A stretch of DNA of 61,656 nt, counting the filler, from Asterionella formosa (taxonomy: Eukaryota), in assembly GCA_002256025.1 (NCBI GenBank). It is 24 parts of 24 records of this genome, joined end to end, with 100 filler letters (N's around TTAATTAATTAA, not from the genome) between each part and the next. Parts side by side here need not be neighbours in the genome. Positions count along the whole stretch, not along the records: positions 10,326 to 12,805 come from NKIB01015212.1; positions 12,906 to 15,384 come from NKIB01015213.1; positions 15,485 to 17,962 come from NKIB01015214.1; positions 18,063 to 20,539 come from NKIB01015215.1; positions 20,640 to 23,119 come from NKIB01015216.1; positions 23,220 to 25,696 come from NKIB01015217.1; 18 more parts are not named here. The stretch is one strand, 5' to 3'. The notes under the pieces were generated by a model. It was not told the origin of the DNA. It did no database searches and worked only from the letters and a program-made list of their open reading frames with translations. Shown one piece after another: positions 12,115 to 25,390 of this stretch. A program made the translations under genes and the position numbers. Position 1 is the stretch's first letter. Every line of letters starts with the position of its first letter.

Positions 12115-15100
12115 CAGCGAGAGTAGTTGTTGGAGAGATTATATTTGTTGATATGGAGACTTTCATGATCCCTTTACCTTTCTGATTATGTTAAATGCTA
12201 AAAAATTCTGCTAGTCCCTAATCAGGGTTGAAGAATTGACATCCGAGGAGATCAAACTGAATGAGGTCAACGAAATTTGCTCGTTCTTACGCCGACTACT
12301 GCCTTGCTATTTCACTGCACTTTTTCCTCCCATTTTCATTTGTTGTGAAGTTACTCATGGCATTGGGCCAAAGTATAATCTTCTTTTGCCAGCATGAATT
12401 GGACGTAGGGAAGAAGGAAATTTAATTGCCCGAAAGGGAATCGGATTTGTGATGGCAAACATGTGGACCGCTCCTGTCCGCAATCATTTTTCCCATTTTA
12501 TTGGATACTTAGCATATGAGCATACAGACTAAATTATCCGAAAATGCGTTATCAGAGTCGACCGACATTTTAGACACCATACATGTAGGGAAGGATTCCG
12601 TCATAGATCATAACTGCACTGTGTCTCAGACTGTGTGTATCAAGGCAGAAAGCTCATGATTGAAATCCACTATTAACAGCGTTCTTTGACACATCGTCCT
12701 TTCCATGTCTTATCAGGCACTAGATATTGATGATTCTCGGTAAACTTGCGCTTTTCTTCAAATTTTCGCTTCCATTGTAGTTGAGAACTTTCAAATCAAA
12801 AATGANNNNNNNNNNNNNNNNNNNNNNNNNNNNNNNNNNNNNNNNNNNNTTAATTAATTAANNNNNNNNNNNNNNNNNNNNNNNNNNNNNNNNNNNNNNN
12901 NNNNNTACGTATGATTACCATAGATCACATGCATATTATGTAATATCTAATCGATTGCATTGCTTTGTAACATTAATAACCAAGCACACTTAGTATATAC
13001 TTATCATATATATATATCAATGAGTTTCAAATCAATAGGTCATACGATATGCTTATGATCAATGCAGGACTCTCACTCATATTATCAACTAACGTTTTGG
13101 TGTTCGATCTAAAGATAGTAATCGTGAGATCAAATCGGTTATTCATTCGGTCTAACAATTGGAATGCTAATATCAAATAGAAGTTTCAGCTTTCGATCTA
13201 ACATTCATTAATACTGATCTAACTTATTTCTCTCATTGATCATACCTGTGTTCGATCAATGATGAACACAAATCGAATGAAATGGATTGCTTTTTTAATA
13301 CTCAAATATTCTACTTCTGGTTTCCCATACTTTCCACTGTGCATCCTCTATCAAAATGAGCACAAAATTGTCATCAATACCTTAATTTTCACTTCCGGTA
13401 GCTATGTTTAGATTATTGCCTATTCAAAATGAAATGAGAGAGTCAACGAAATTGATGATGCTTTATTCGAACCTCTACCATTGCGAATGGCAGCAAGTCA
13501 CACTCTCCAATGTTCTTCTTATACGACTTTCCTGTAATATATAATAACAGCAATGTCAGCAAAACTGATGCATCAAGTAAGCGTAAGCAAGGCATCTAAA
13601 TGTAGATATGTGCAACGAAACGATCAATGAACAATCCATCACTCCAATTTCCGCATGAGCAGGCAATGTGCATATTACTTACCTATGCTCTCATGGTTGA
13701 TTGTTGCTTTCATTAAGAATGATAGCAAGCAAGCCACTTTTTCCAAGGTTCCTGTATGATTTTGAGGAGATAATATCAATGTTAGCAAAAGTGTTGCAAC
13801 GATTAAAGCATCTCCAGCCACACATGTGCCACGAACTGATGACATAAACAATCTATGTAACGCACTTCACGTTCCAATCGACATAATGAGCATCAAATGA
13901 GAGTATAGTAACTTACCTATGCTCTCCCATTTGATTGATAGGTGACAGGTAGCGTTGTTAACTCTCACTTCTGCGTGCATATATGGAAGGGAAAGATGTT
14001 ATTAATGTCGAAATCCAAATTATTGGACACAGACACTACAAAGCCTCTGATATCTTCGGTTTCTTACCTCGTATTTAGGTTGATTTTTATCGTTCGTCCT
14101 GAGGAAGTATACCGGTAGAAACTTTGAGTGGTAGCAGCGCACACCACGAGCAGCGATACAATTTTATAGTTGGCTTTCGGTCTCACACGGTACCGATCAC
14201 AAGCCCCTTGGTAGCCACAGTTGAGATCATATAACTTACCTCTTCCCACCGGTTATATTGATACCGGTAGAAGGCTCTCGATCACCATTCCCTCATCAGT
14301 TTGTTATGTGGAACAGAACGCATTACCGGTATGAATTTTTTAACAATATCTCAACATTTCCTCTTCTTCAAAAAGTGTGTATAACATACATCTCTGCATG
14401 TCTAGTAACTTTTTTGAAGGAACATTTAATACCCTACCAGTATGTTATGTTAGATAAAATATACAAGACTTAACAGGAATTCGAATACTGTACCCGATAT
14501 ACTTCCAGTTATCATATCCTATATAGTGGACAGGAGTGGACACCATGTATCATAGGTAGATATACATACCGTCAAATTTTACTGGTACTTACATGATGGA
14601 GGAATACTGGAACTTACATGATGCTCAGTAGAGTACAGTAACAGGACCTCGTACATCACCGTTATCCAAGCGGGAACTACCCTGGTACCAGGGGGTACCG
14701 TATATGTCGTCTATGTTCCTGTTGGTACTGTTCTGACGTTCAAATTTGTCGACGGTATTGATCCATACTACCGTTTGGTATTTGAACATGATTGAAAACA
14801 CTTGAAAGGCATTATTATGATATAATGCCGAAGTACTCAGATTATAACATAGGTAGTGAATGATAAATTAACATTTCTGTATGATCTAAGAAACCAACTC
14901 CCTTTTTAATAATTTGCGCGCCAATAATAATATGAGACTTTTCTCTTTTATTATTGTTTCATTCTTTGATTTTAAAGCATCAGCGGCCCGTTTACCTTGA
15001 CTCCTGTACATTGTTATCCTCATGTCCGGTAGAGGAATAAAAAGAAGCGATAATTCTAGAGTTGAAAACAACTTACCGCAACAGTAACCAGGATGAAAAG

Positions 15101-15484
15101 ACTCGGAAAAAAGCCTTCCTACTCATGTCAAACATAGCAGGCGTTTCGTTACTCCTGCAACGAAATTGTCTCATGAGTACGAAGAGTTTGTAACAAATAC
15201 AACTGCTTCAACAAAGCAGCGAGATCATCACCAAGATTCAGATTCTGACAATGATGATATTTTGTCAGAACTGTTTTCTCCTGGTAACAAGCAGAAGGTT
15301 CCGCCTTTTTATCCACCCATTCAAGGAAGGAGTGACAATTCACCAGTCACTGATAATCCAAAGACAAATATTATGGACTTACATNNNNNNNNNNNNNNNN
15401 NNNNNNNNNNNNNNNNNNNNNNNNNNNNTTAATTAATTAANNNNNNNNNNNNNNNNNNNNNNNNNNNNNNNNNNNNNNNNNNNN

Positions 15485-15789
15485 GATTGGGTCCGTCTTC
15501 GATCAATTTCACTGATCCAAGATTACCATCATCCTTGAGAAATCAAAGCCCCGGTGTCTTTGCAATTATTCACTCTTGTAAATATGCCTCAGAATCTTTG
15601 CACAACTACTCAAGGTTGCTGTTAGGGGCTGATCTCACATTGGATCGACATGAAAACAAAGGACTTTTGTTTGTTCCCGTGGATTGCATTCATTCTCCTG
15701 CTGTTGTTGTTCCTAATTTAGGAGCCTCTCCAGGTAAGGTGATTCAAATCAAGCCGCAGTCTGCCTGGGCATCCCTGTTCCATTTTTGA
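15485..15789 (+). mobile_element. C-terminal end of a Plavaka-like transposase
   Basis: FAIIHSC...FVPVDCIHSPAVVVPN...IKPQSAWASLF parallels the terminal pattern of the Plavaka-like ORF at 54534-55367 (ILSAAFVVP). Confidence 0.55.
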
Positions 15790-16052
15790 TTTGCTGGTTG
15801 ATGCGATTGCATAAGGCAATCTATGAAAGAAATGTTAAGAAAAAATTTGTAGTTGATGATGTGGAAACGATTAATATTACTACAAAACCAACAAAAAAGG
15901 AAAGTAAGGTAACATATAATTATCAATTTTTATAGAAATCATTAATCTCCTTGATTCATTAGTAAGGTATTAGGAGATGCTAAACATTCACTCATTTACT
16001 CACAATGCAGATTCATAGTCAGAATCAATCACTTTGGACTTGTCCTCCTCAT

Positions 16053-17962
16053 CTAACTTGGAATCCGATTTTTCACCACCAGTAGAGGTTTCACAACTAG
16101 TTGAGGACACAGCAGAAGACGAGGTTTCAGAGGAGGATGGGGTTGTAGATGGAGAACGTAAAAGATTCTCGCCATCGGCTTGGACATGGATGAGAACTTT
16201 TCCTGGGATGGAAACATTCTCCGAGAGAATAGAATATTTTTGAAGGCCTTTTTTGGGCATCGTATTACCTTAAGCAAAGCTGGTGGAGTTGGGACCACAG
16301 CTTCTTTGGCCTTTACAATGTTCTTTTCCTTGGAAGAAATCAAGGTTTCTTGCTCGATGTTTTTACGCCCCTCATTGTTAATGTTGGTCAAAGGTGGTGA
16401 AGGTAGGACCTGAACATCAACAATTCTCTTGGAGTCAAACCTGTTGGAAACGCCAAAAGTAGGGTCTTGAAAACTGTGCATCCACTTTGCACTCTCTTTC
16501 ACACCCTTGTTCCCAGTGAGAGGCGACTTGCTATTATTTTTCGTCAAATCTTCATTTGACGATGGGGACAACACTCGTTCCGCATACTGCAAGCACTCCT
16601 GACGAAATTGGTGGTAGGCTGCATCAGCCTGATAGAGCAAGCTTGAAATATTTGCTGTGTTAGTGACACCCTTGAAACTGCCTTGAGAGCTGAGCCTTTG
16701 AGTGGTGATTGCTCGGCGTGAAGCAAGAATTCCTGCTAGGTCAAATTGTTTCGACCTTATCCCATGGTGGGACAGGATGAGTTCCAGCTTGATCACATTC
16801 TGGTTACTTTTGTCGAAATTGACAACAGAAGGTCGTTCAGGATTGACACAATGGAGGAGGTCATTCTTTGAGGCAGTTGCCTTTGACTCACTACTATCAT
16901 CATCTGTTAGACTAATCACATCATTGTCCTTGGAAGAAATTCGTGATTTCTTGGAAATAGAACTAGAAGGGGGCCAGGTAGCCTTCGATCGTTTCTTGAT
17001 TATTGGCACAGCAACTTGTTGGGACTCCGGTTTGGAGACCAATTTGCTGGAGGTGGCAGCTGATTTGGAATCCGGTTTGGATACTTTTTTCCTGTTTATG
17101 GCAGCTGGTTTAGAGTCTGGTTTCGATACTTTTTTGCTGGGAATCGCGGCTGGTTTGCAGTCCGATTCAGATTCTTCGTAAGGATTAGTTACAGGCATTG
17201 ATGCAACATCTCGGCTCCTGGCTGTTGACTTCGCAGCGTTGTAAGCACCTGCCTTGGATGTGATGGCTTTGGTAGCATCATGCTTGGGAGTAGCCTTGGC
17301 AGAAGGCTTGAGTGCAACAGCTTTTGCAGCAACAGCTCTTGGAAGAGTCTTCATCCTCGTCTTTGCAGCTTTCTTTGGAACACTCTTCTGCAACACTCGG
17401 GATTGGGCCTGTGTTGATCCTGCTGTAACTATAGAAGCAGCCTTTTGCAAAGTGCCTCTCCTCGCACGCTTTCCGAGCGCATAAGAAGGCGCTTCCAAGC
17501 GGGCATACTCTGATCTGATAGCTGCCTTCGCATTCATCACCTCTGTCAGGCGATGAATGCAAAAATAGAAATGTGTGAATGAATAAATGAATATGAATAC
17601 AGCATATAAAGTAAACGAACATACCTTTTGGTTGCTTGTAGATGAAACCCCCAATGGGAAGAAACATCGAGTACACATAGGCTTGCTCTTCCAATTGATG
17701 ATCAAGAAGATCATAATGAGTGGCTGAAAGAAGACTCCCAGTTATATTTGTTCGCAAACGCACGATAGGAAAGGTCTCGAAATTTGCTGGTTCTGGCATA
17801 TCAGGTCCATAATTGTATGAATCAACATCGCCATCGTTCTTGTTCCTCTCATCATGAAGAAGGTTTTCAAGAGGATGATTGATCCTGTCCATCCAAGGAA
17901 TAGGATTGCAGTGTACAAATCCCAAGGATTTATACCACTCAACCGCATTGCCCAGCACCTGC
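16053..17962 (-). CDS. Spliced hypothetical protein with GNAT motif-B-like segment and basic low-complexity tail (5' partial); intron 17543-17624
   Basis: Exon with QVLGNAVEWYKSLGF. An 82-nt GTATG...CAG intron joins ORF 17278-17958 in frame to ORF 16053-17714 (..QPK/EVMNAK..). K/S/A-rich repeats (KKVSKPDSK). Confidence 0.6.
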
Positions 17963-18062
17963 NNNNNNNNNNNNNNNNNNNNNNNNNNNNNNNNNNNNNN
18001 NNNNNNTTAATTAATTAANNNNNNNNNNNNNNNNNNNNNNNNNNNNNNNNNNNNNNNNNNNN

Positions 18063-20539
18063 TGATATTAAAATCCTCCTTGATCATATTTTTCATATAG
18101 TCGACTGCATTCCTGGTACCACAAATAATTCCATCATCCACGTAGTTTGCCAACAGCCCTTCAATTTGTCCATCGTTGTTACGGTAGATAAACAACATTG
18201 GGTCTATTTCACTTTTCGTTATACCTTTCTTGCTGGTGACGCATTTCGCAAATGTCTTAGACCAGCATCTTGGAGCTTGTACAATTCCATACATAGCCTT
18301 AATTAATTTGCAGATATGTATATTCTGATCGATCCCTGTCAATCCTTCTGGGGGCTCAATATAAATGTCTTCGTCGACGTCAGCATTTAAAAACGCTGCT
18401 TCAACATCGATTGCTTCCGCTATCCAACCATAGTACAAAGTAACAGCCAGAACAGTTTTTATTGTAGCATCACTTGCAACAGGAGCGAATGTTTCAGTAA
18501 AATCAACTCCCGGGATCTGTTCATATCCCTTTACAACCAACCGTGCCTTGTATACTTTCTTTCCAGTTATCACGTCCTCCTTAATACGGAAGACCCATCT
18601 TGTCTTAAGAGCTCTCTTGTTCACGTCATTTCTCTTAACTATTTTCCATACTCCTCTTGCTTGGAAGTTTTCAAATTCTTTCTTTATAGCTTTCATCCAC
18701 TCTTTGCGATCAGGTCTTACCATTGCCTCATTATAACTATTTGGTAAACCTGGGTCCAATGCAAGACTTGCATTGAATACGAAATTTACTTCAGTTTCCT
18801 TATTCGAAGAAGCTTCCTCCTCAATCACATTTGGTAGTGAAGTGTCTGAAATGAATTTAACATTTTTAGTTGGATTATACGATGAGTCCAACTTCTTCAT
18901 TTCTCGTTCCAACTTTGCCTGCTGCTTCAAAACATTTCTCTTTTCTAGGTCGGAAATTTCATCACTCCTTGAGGTAGATTTTCCTTTTTCAGTGTCTGCG
19001 GTTGATTTATCGTTGTCGTCGTCATCTTCCTTGTTGTCTGAAACTTCTGGTAGTAAATCTTCATTGTAGAAATCATCATCTAATCCATCATTATTGACTT
19101 CAGCTTCTGGTTGAACTGTTACTTTCTCTTTAGCACTGTCCTTGTAGATTTTTCCTAGTCCGTCTGTAGGTGCATTTGTTCCATGCCACTCACTCCACTT
19201 AACATCGCGTGTATTGATTACAGTGTTAGTCTCATGATTATACATACGATACGTATCTTGGGAGTGGTCCTCCGAATAACCCAAAAAGACACACTTGAAA
19301 GAACGTGCGTCTAATTTCTTAACGCCGTGTCTTGTAGTAACCCATCCTACGCGCCCAAATTGCTTGTATAACTTGTAGGGCCTTCTTGGATTCATTTCGC
19401 CATAGAACATGTCATCGGGACTTCTTTTAGTTACTGAGTTAACTGTACTATTTGTTAAACGTGTAGCTGTATCTACCGCCTCTGCCCATAATAGCCCTTG
19501 GTACTCATCTGTTAGTTTTGCACTTAGCATCATTGCTAGTGCCCTCTGTTGCACAATGACAAAACCGCGTTCCACTACACCATTGTGTTGTGGAGTGTGC
19601 GGGGCAGTAAATTCCATTTTTATGCCGCGATTTTCACATACCTTTCTCAATTGTTTAGTATTCTCGCCTGCGTCATCGCAACGGACATACTTTGTCTTGT
19701 GACCGGCTCCGGCTAAACTTGATAGTAAAGCTTCAATGACTGTTCCGATATCGCTCTTCTTTTTAATGAAATAGCTCCAGCGCTTTCTTGTGTAGTCGTC
19801 TACTGCCATGACCCAGTACTGATTGCCAACAGCGGATTTCGCGTAGGGTCCGCTGATGTCCACAAACAGTCTCTCTCCAGGTACCGTCGATTTTTCTTGC
19901 GTTGTTTTTGGGACGGCTCGTGCTTTCGCTTTCGCTGCCGCACAGCCTGCGCACACTGTCATGATGCCACTCAACTTCCATCCAAATAATTTCGCCGTAT
20001 CGTGCAAACATTTCTCGCCCACATGACCAAGCATCGCATGCGCTTCATTGATATCGACAATCACATAATTATTTTTAAACTCACCATTTTGATCATTCCA
20101 TTTGTTCTTTCCTTTGTTCGTTTTCTTTGCTTCAACTTTCGTCCAATCGTTTTCGTTGTAGTCGTCGATCGATTGTTGTGTAGTGTTCTCTTGTAGTTGC
20201 TCGATTTCCATCACCGTTTGCTTGATGATCGGATTACCTTCGACATGATACATTGCTCCGAGTTTTCGAGTTTTATCTCTTTTGCAGGTTAGAAAACCGC
20301 TCTTGTTTCTTATCGTCATCCTATCGTCCTCGAAGATCACTTGATTACCCTTGTCGATCATTCTAGAGACACTGATGATGTTCTGCTTGAACTCCGGTGC
20401 ATAAAGCACATCGGTGAGTTTCAAGCGTTTTCCTTCGTCCGTAGTCGTCAGGGTCACGGTACCAGAGACAGTTGATACTATCTCAGTTCCATTTCCTACC
20501 ACGACCGTTTCACTCACTTGTTTCTTGTCTTCCATCATG
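18063..20539 (-). mobile_element. Ty1/Copia pol (protease end, integrase, RT), intact frame, partial
   Basis: HAMLGH..CAGC, DISGP, RCDDAGE, NGVVER, KARLVVKGYEQIPG, DVEAAFL, YVDD. Confidence 0.97.
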
Positions 20540-20959
20540 NNNNNNNNNNNNNNNNNNNNNNNNNNNNNNNNNNNNNNNNNNNNTTAATTAATTAANNNNN
20601 NNNNNNNNNNNNNNNNNNNNNNNNNNNNNNNNNNNNNNNACGAGCTCGCCAGTACATATTGGCTTACCATGCTCTTGATTCTGGCTTATTTGAACCAGAA
20701 CTGCAACAGCAGCGCTCCAAGCATGGCCCTGTCGAAATCGACAACCTTATAAAGAAGATGAAGACACATCGATGTGCCTTGGACTTCGATTACAAGTTTG
20801 TAATGAATGTAGATGAATAAAGCGATCGCTGATGTTGTTATATGCTTGTCAACATTACGTAAACTCATGCATGAATATATTTATCCATAAAATATTCCCT
20901 ATGCTAATTATCTATCATACTAGGGCTACGGTGGCTACTATATGTACTCTGAGCATGAT

Positions 20960-23119
20960 TCCAGCCATATGAATATGTTGAAGAAACAAAGGTCTACATT
21001 ACATGCGAAGAAACAGAATATGCATTTATTGGAGTGACGATTGAAATTGAGGATGAAGAGATCAATCAAGCACACCATGCAAGCATCAAAAACAGTGAGA
21101 GTAAAATTTGTGCATCAATCGAGGAAAATGAACGTTGGTTAGCTGATACAGGCGCAACCAGTCATATTACTATGTGCAATAAGTATATGACAAATGTGAA
21201 AGCAGTAAATGTACGCGTTGTTGTAGGCGATGGTAAAGAAGTCATTTGCAAGGAACGCGGAGATGTCTGCGTGCGAAACAAAGTGACCCCCAATGAGACA
21301 CTCTTGCTTAAGAATGTCCTTTATACACCTACCTTTCATAAAAATATTATCAGCATTGGCACTTTTGTACGTGATGGTAAATACGAACTTGGTATGAAGC
21401 ACAACAAAATGACTCTGACAAAAGCGGGGAAAACTGAGACGCTAGATTTCAAACGTGATCATTCAGATGTTTTGTACTATTTCCAAGGAACTCGTGGAAT
21501 TTACCCAGGTGGGAGTGATATCTTATCTGCAGAGGTCATCACAACGAAATTGACCAGTATGGACATTAATGAAGCTCACGCTAAATACGGACATATTGGG
21601 GAAGCGGCATTGCGGGCTACTATGAAATCGCTTGGTATCAAAATGACAGGTGTGATGTATACATGTGAAGGATGTGCGCTAGCTAAGGCTAAAGCAAAAA
21701 GTGTTCCTAAAATCACTATGAGCAAGGCTACTCAACCGGGCGAACGTTTGTGCACAGATATCAGCGGTCCATATAAAAAGTCGATTTTAGGAAATGACTA
21801 TTGGATCCTTGTTGTTGATGATTACACCGGAAAATCTTGGAGTTTCTTTGTTAAGAAGAAGTCACAGCTTGCTTCAAAGATTGAAGATTTGTTGACTAAA
21901 CTCAAAACGGCTGAGTATGTTACCAAGTTTCTCCGTTGTGACAATGCGGGTGAAAACGTCTCAGGTTTGACAAAACTATGCGAGAAATTCAATATTCAAA
22001 TCGAATTTACGGCACCCTACACACCACAACAGAATGGAATTGTGGAGCGAAAGTTTGTAACCATTCGTCAACGAGCATGTGCAGCAATGTTTGCTGCAAA
22101 ATTTAATGATGAATTTCAAGGTTTACTTTGGGCAGAGGCCATCAACACCAACACACGAATCACGAACATTGTGGCCACATCTAATGATGTAAAAAGTGCA
22201 GATGAGAAGTTTTACAAAAAGGTTCCAATGATTTACGATCATCTAATGCATTTTGGCAGGATCGGATGGGTGAAAATTGGTGCTAAGAAAACAAATAAAC
22301 TCGAAGAAAAGGCCATTAAATGTGTGATGGTTGGTTATTCTCATGATCATGCTGGAGACACTTACCGAATGTTTAACCCTCAGACAAGAAAGATTTTAAA
22401 TAGTCGAAACATTCGCTGGGCTGATTGGCATGGCCAAACAAGTCCAATCGCAGGTTTGAGGGATTTCAATGTGGAAGGGGACACAGAAGTGGTTGTTATT
22501 CCAATTGATGATGAAAAGCAGGACGAAGATGTTCTTCCTGTTGTCCCACCAATCCAGCAGGATGTTGATTTGGAAACACCTGTTCCAGTTGTGAAACAAA
22601 CAAGATTTCAGCTATCCGAAGCAGTGGGGAAGTTAGGTGATGAGATCAACAAAGATGCTTCGAAGAAAGCAAAATTGGAACGAGAATTGAAACGCCTTGA
22701 TGGTTGGAAAGAAGTTACTGGCAAACGCAGTGCTCGGCGCAGCTTACAACTAGATGACAAGGACAAAGGATCAATTGAAGAAATAGATTATTCTGAAGCG
22801 GCCTATCAAGATGATGATGAACTATTTCAAAGTGAAGAAGGAGTAGAGAGGTTCTATGCATATTCTACAACGCTTGCTTCCGATCCTGGGGAGCCAAAGC
22901 ATTACAAGGAGGCTATGAAAGGAGACGAGAGCAAGCAGTGGACCGTTGCTATTAAAAATGAAATCAACAATTTCTACAAGCGAAATGTTTGGAAAATGGT
23001 TCCTCGTGACAATCTCAAGGGCAGAAAACCCTTAGGCACACGCTGGGTATTCAAGAAGAAATCCGAGCAGGATAAGAGTATTCGATACAAAGGACGTATT
23101 GTAGTGAAAGGCTACGTTC
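20960..23119 (+). mobile_element. Ty1/Copia pol (PR, IN, start of RT), same lineage as 18063-20539; lacks upstream gag
   Basis: WLADTGAT, HAKYGH..CEGC, DISGP, RCDNAGE, NGIVER, EPKHYKEA, KGRIVVKGY. The frame opens near 20960 next to unrelated sequence. Confidence 0.95.
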
Positions 23120-23219
23120 NNNNNNNNNNNNNNNNNNNNNNNNNNNNNNNNNNNNNNNNNNNNTTAATTAATTAANNNNNNNNNNNNNNNNNNNNNNNNN
23201 NNNNNNNNNNNNNNNNNNN

Positions 23220-25181
23220 AAAAAAGCATGAATATTTCATTTCCACCAACATTAGCTGGTGGAAAACATTTGACCAATCAAATACGGATTAATAACAACT
23301 CAAACATGATCATCCAACGCACACTCCATTATTTCGAACTAATACAGCTCATGGCAGCATTGCTACGTGATTCCGATATCATGCAACGCACATTTTGTAT
23401 GTCACCCACAAGTGAAACTTACAACTTGTGGAGAGAGCATGCATATATGACGAAGTAACTTCTGCGACTTGGTTTGAAAATGCATTCAACCAATCTCCTG
23501 CATCAAAAAATGGAGTGTTGAAGACAGGGTGTATATTTGTTGCCCTAGCAGTGTTGAGTGATGGGATGTTTCACCTATTGATAAAGAAATGAAACATTCC
23601 GAGCATCCGTTTTTGCTGACAATGTTAAACTTAACGTTAGAAGGAAGAGAAAAAATTGAAAAATGGCAGTTGGTATCTCTTTTGCCAGACATTGAAGTCA
23701 GTGATCCGGAGAAACAAATGAATATTAAGTTATCTGGTGACGACTTGTCCTTATGTTTGTCGTGATTGCCTGGTTTCAACTGAAGACTGCTGATAATCCT
23801 GATATTGGATGTAAACGTCGTAAAGTGTCAAAGGTTAAAAAGTTTTGAAACAAATTTCTTGACAAAAATGCATATCCCGATGGAAAATTACCATGTATCC
23901 CACCTGAGTATTGTGTCTCCCAATCTAATGGCTTTGGTGCAATGCCATTTGAGGTTCTTCATCAATTACTACTTGGAATATTTAAGTACATTTTGGAATC
24001 TTTGTACAAATATCGGACTATCCCTGAAGAATGGACATGTTTTTTAAAGAAAGAAAATCTCCAGATATTCCAGAGAACATCTCCAATCATAAGCGTTACA
24101 CTGAAACAACAGACTCTGCTTTTCTTGATCAAGAGCAACCGAAGAATCGGGCAAAGACCAAAAAGGACACACGCACCAGTTTCCAAAAATATCTAAACTG
24201 GCAAAAATCAACACCCAACACTTGTACCAGCACCAGAAATGTATTTTCCAAACTATACTATACTTCGAACAAAGTGCTAGATATATCAATAGTCATTTGG
24301 AAAGGTAAAGCGATCGTGATATTCCAAAATTGTCAAAATACTACAGATCTGGGATGACAGCTTTGTCGAAAATGTCAGGGCAAGATGGGTTCAGAGAACA
24401 TGCACCTAGAAAAGGATTTCACATTGCTGTTATGGTTATGTATATCTATCAATGACACTTTATTCATACCACAGTATACATCAACATGTGTTGATATTTT
24501 AGAGGAAAGGGTAAAGAGAGGATTTATGTCAGTTACTAAGATTATGATTTGTCCCCAATGGGAAATGATATCTCAAATTGGGTTACGAATGGCAAAATGT
24601 CACAGAATGAAACATTACCCTCATCTGATTAGGAAGTTCGGATCTCCTTTTAATTTCTTTGGTGGATATTTGGAGTCTTTTTTGAAAGACAAATTGAAAC
24701 GACCCAGTAAGCGTGTCAACGGACAATTACATCGATTAAAGCATGACATTTTAACAAGGTCATCTGAAACAAGGCAGTCTGCCTTGGCACGAAAAATTGT
24801 TTTTGTAAGTGATTCATTACATACAGAAAACAAACAAAAGAAGATGAGTAGAGAAAATACCATCAATGTAACTGAGGGTATTTCAACAGAAATTGATTTC
24901 GAAGGAATGATTCCGGATACAATGATGTTGCCTAGTAGGTCACCTGATAATTTGGGAATGTTGCCTACTAACAAGATCCATTCCCAAGCCCTTCCTGTTA
25001 AAGTTCAAGTCTCTGCTTTATCATCAAATGGTCTATGGACTATATCAGGTGTCCCTAATAAGATTGGGCATGTAGCACAGAGTAAGGATTCACCTTTGTC
25101 TTTATTGATTCATCCTGATTTACCGAAGGGGGCCAACTACGTAAAGAGCATTGCGAATTCAGCAATAGAAATAGCAAGAAT
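23220..25181 (+). pseudogene. Degenerate Plavaka-like transposase (multiple frameshifts and deletions)
   Basis: CRDC..ADNP..C, PFEVLHQLLLG, K.H.MKHY..LI.KFGSP.NF.GG.LES.LK...KRP. Homologous to 54534-56532 on the minus strand. Confidence 0.8.
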
Positions 25182-25390
25182 CTTTGGAGTGTTTTTGGCG
25201 GACGGTTTAATTGGCAATGCCACTGGCAGTGCTATTATCGGTGACAATACGGGTAGAAGGTTGGGGATGACCAAGCTCAACAAGAATGTTGCGAATAGCA
25301 TATGCCTCTTTGCCATGATTGTGGAACAAAGCAGCTAATTCGTCCTCAGCAGCACTTGATAAAACCTCCTTAAGAATTTGACAGTGTACA
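25182..25390 (-). mobile_element. Isolated ~210-bp Copia RNase H fragment
   Basis: Near-identical in reverse complement to 48241-48430 (LKEVLSSAAE.ELAALF..GKEAYAIRNILVELGHPQP..TDNSTASGIAN). Confidence 0.92.

Noticed and set aside
12906..15384. Possible genes in contig 6
   Set aside because: Only short or broken frames and small duplications (13677/13911). The ORF at 15166 runs off the contig with no recognisable domain.
24385..25338. 317-aa ORF as a genuine protein
   Set aside because: Chimera of a decayed transposase frame and antisense Copia RNase H sequence.
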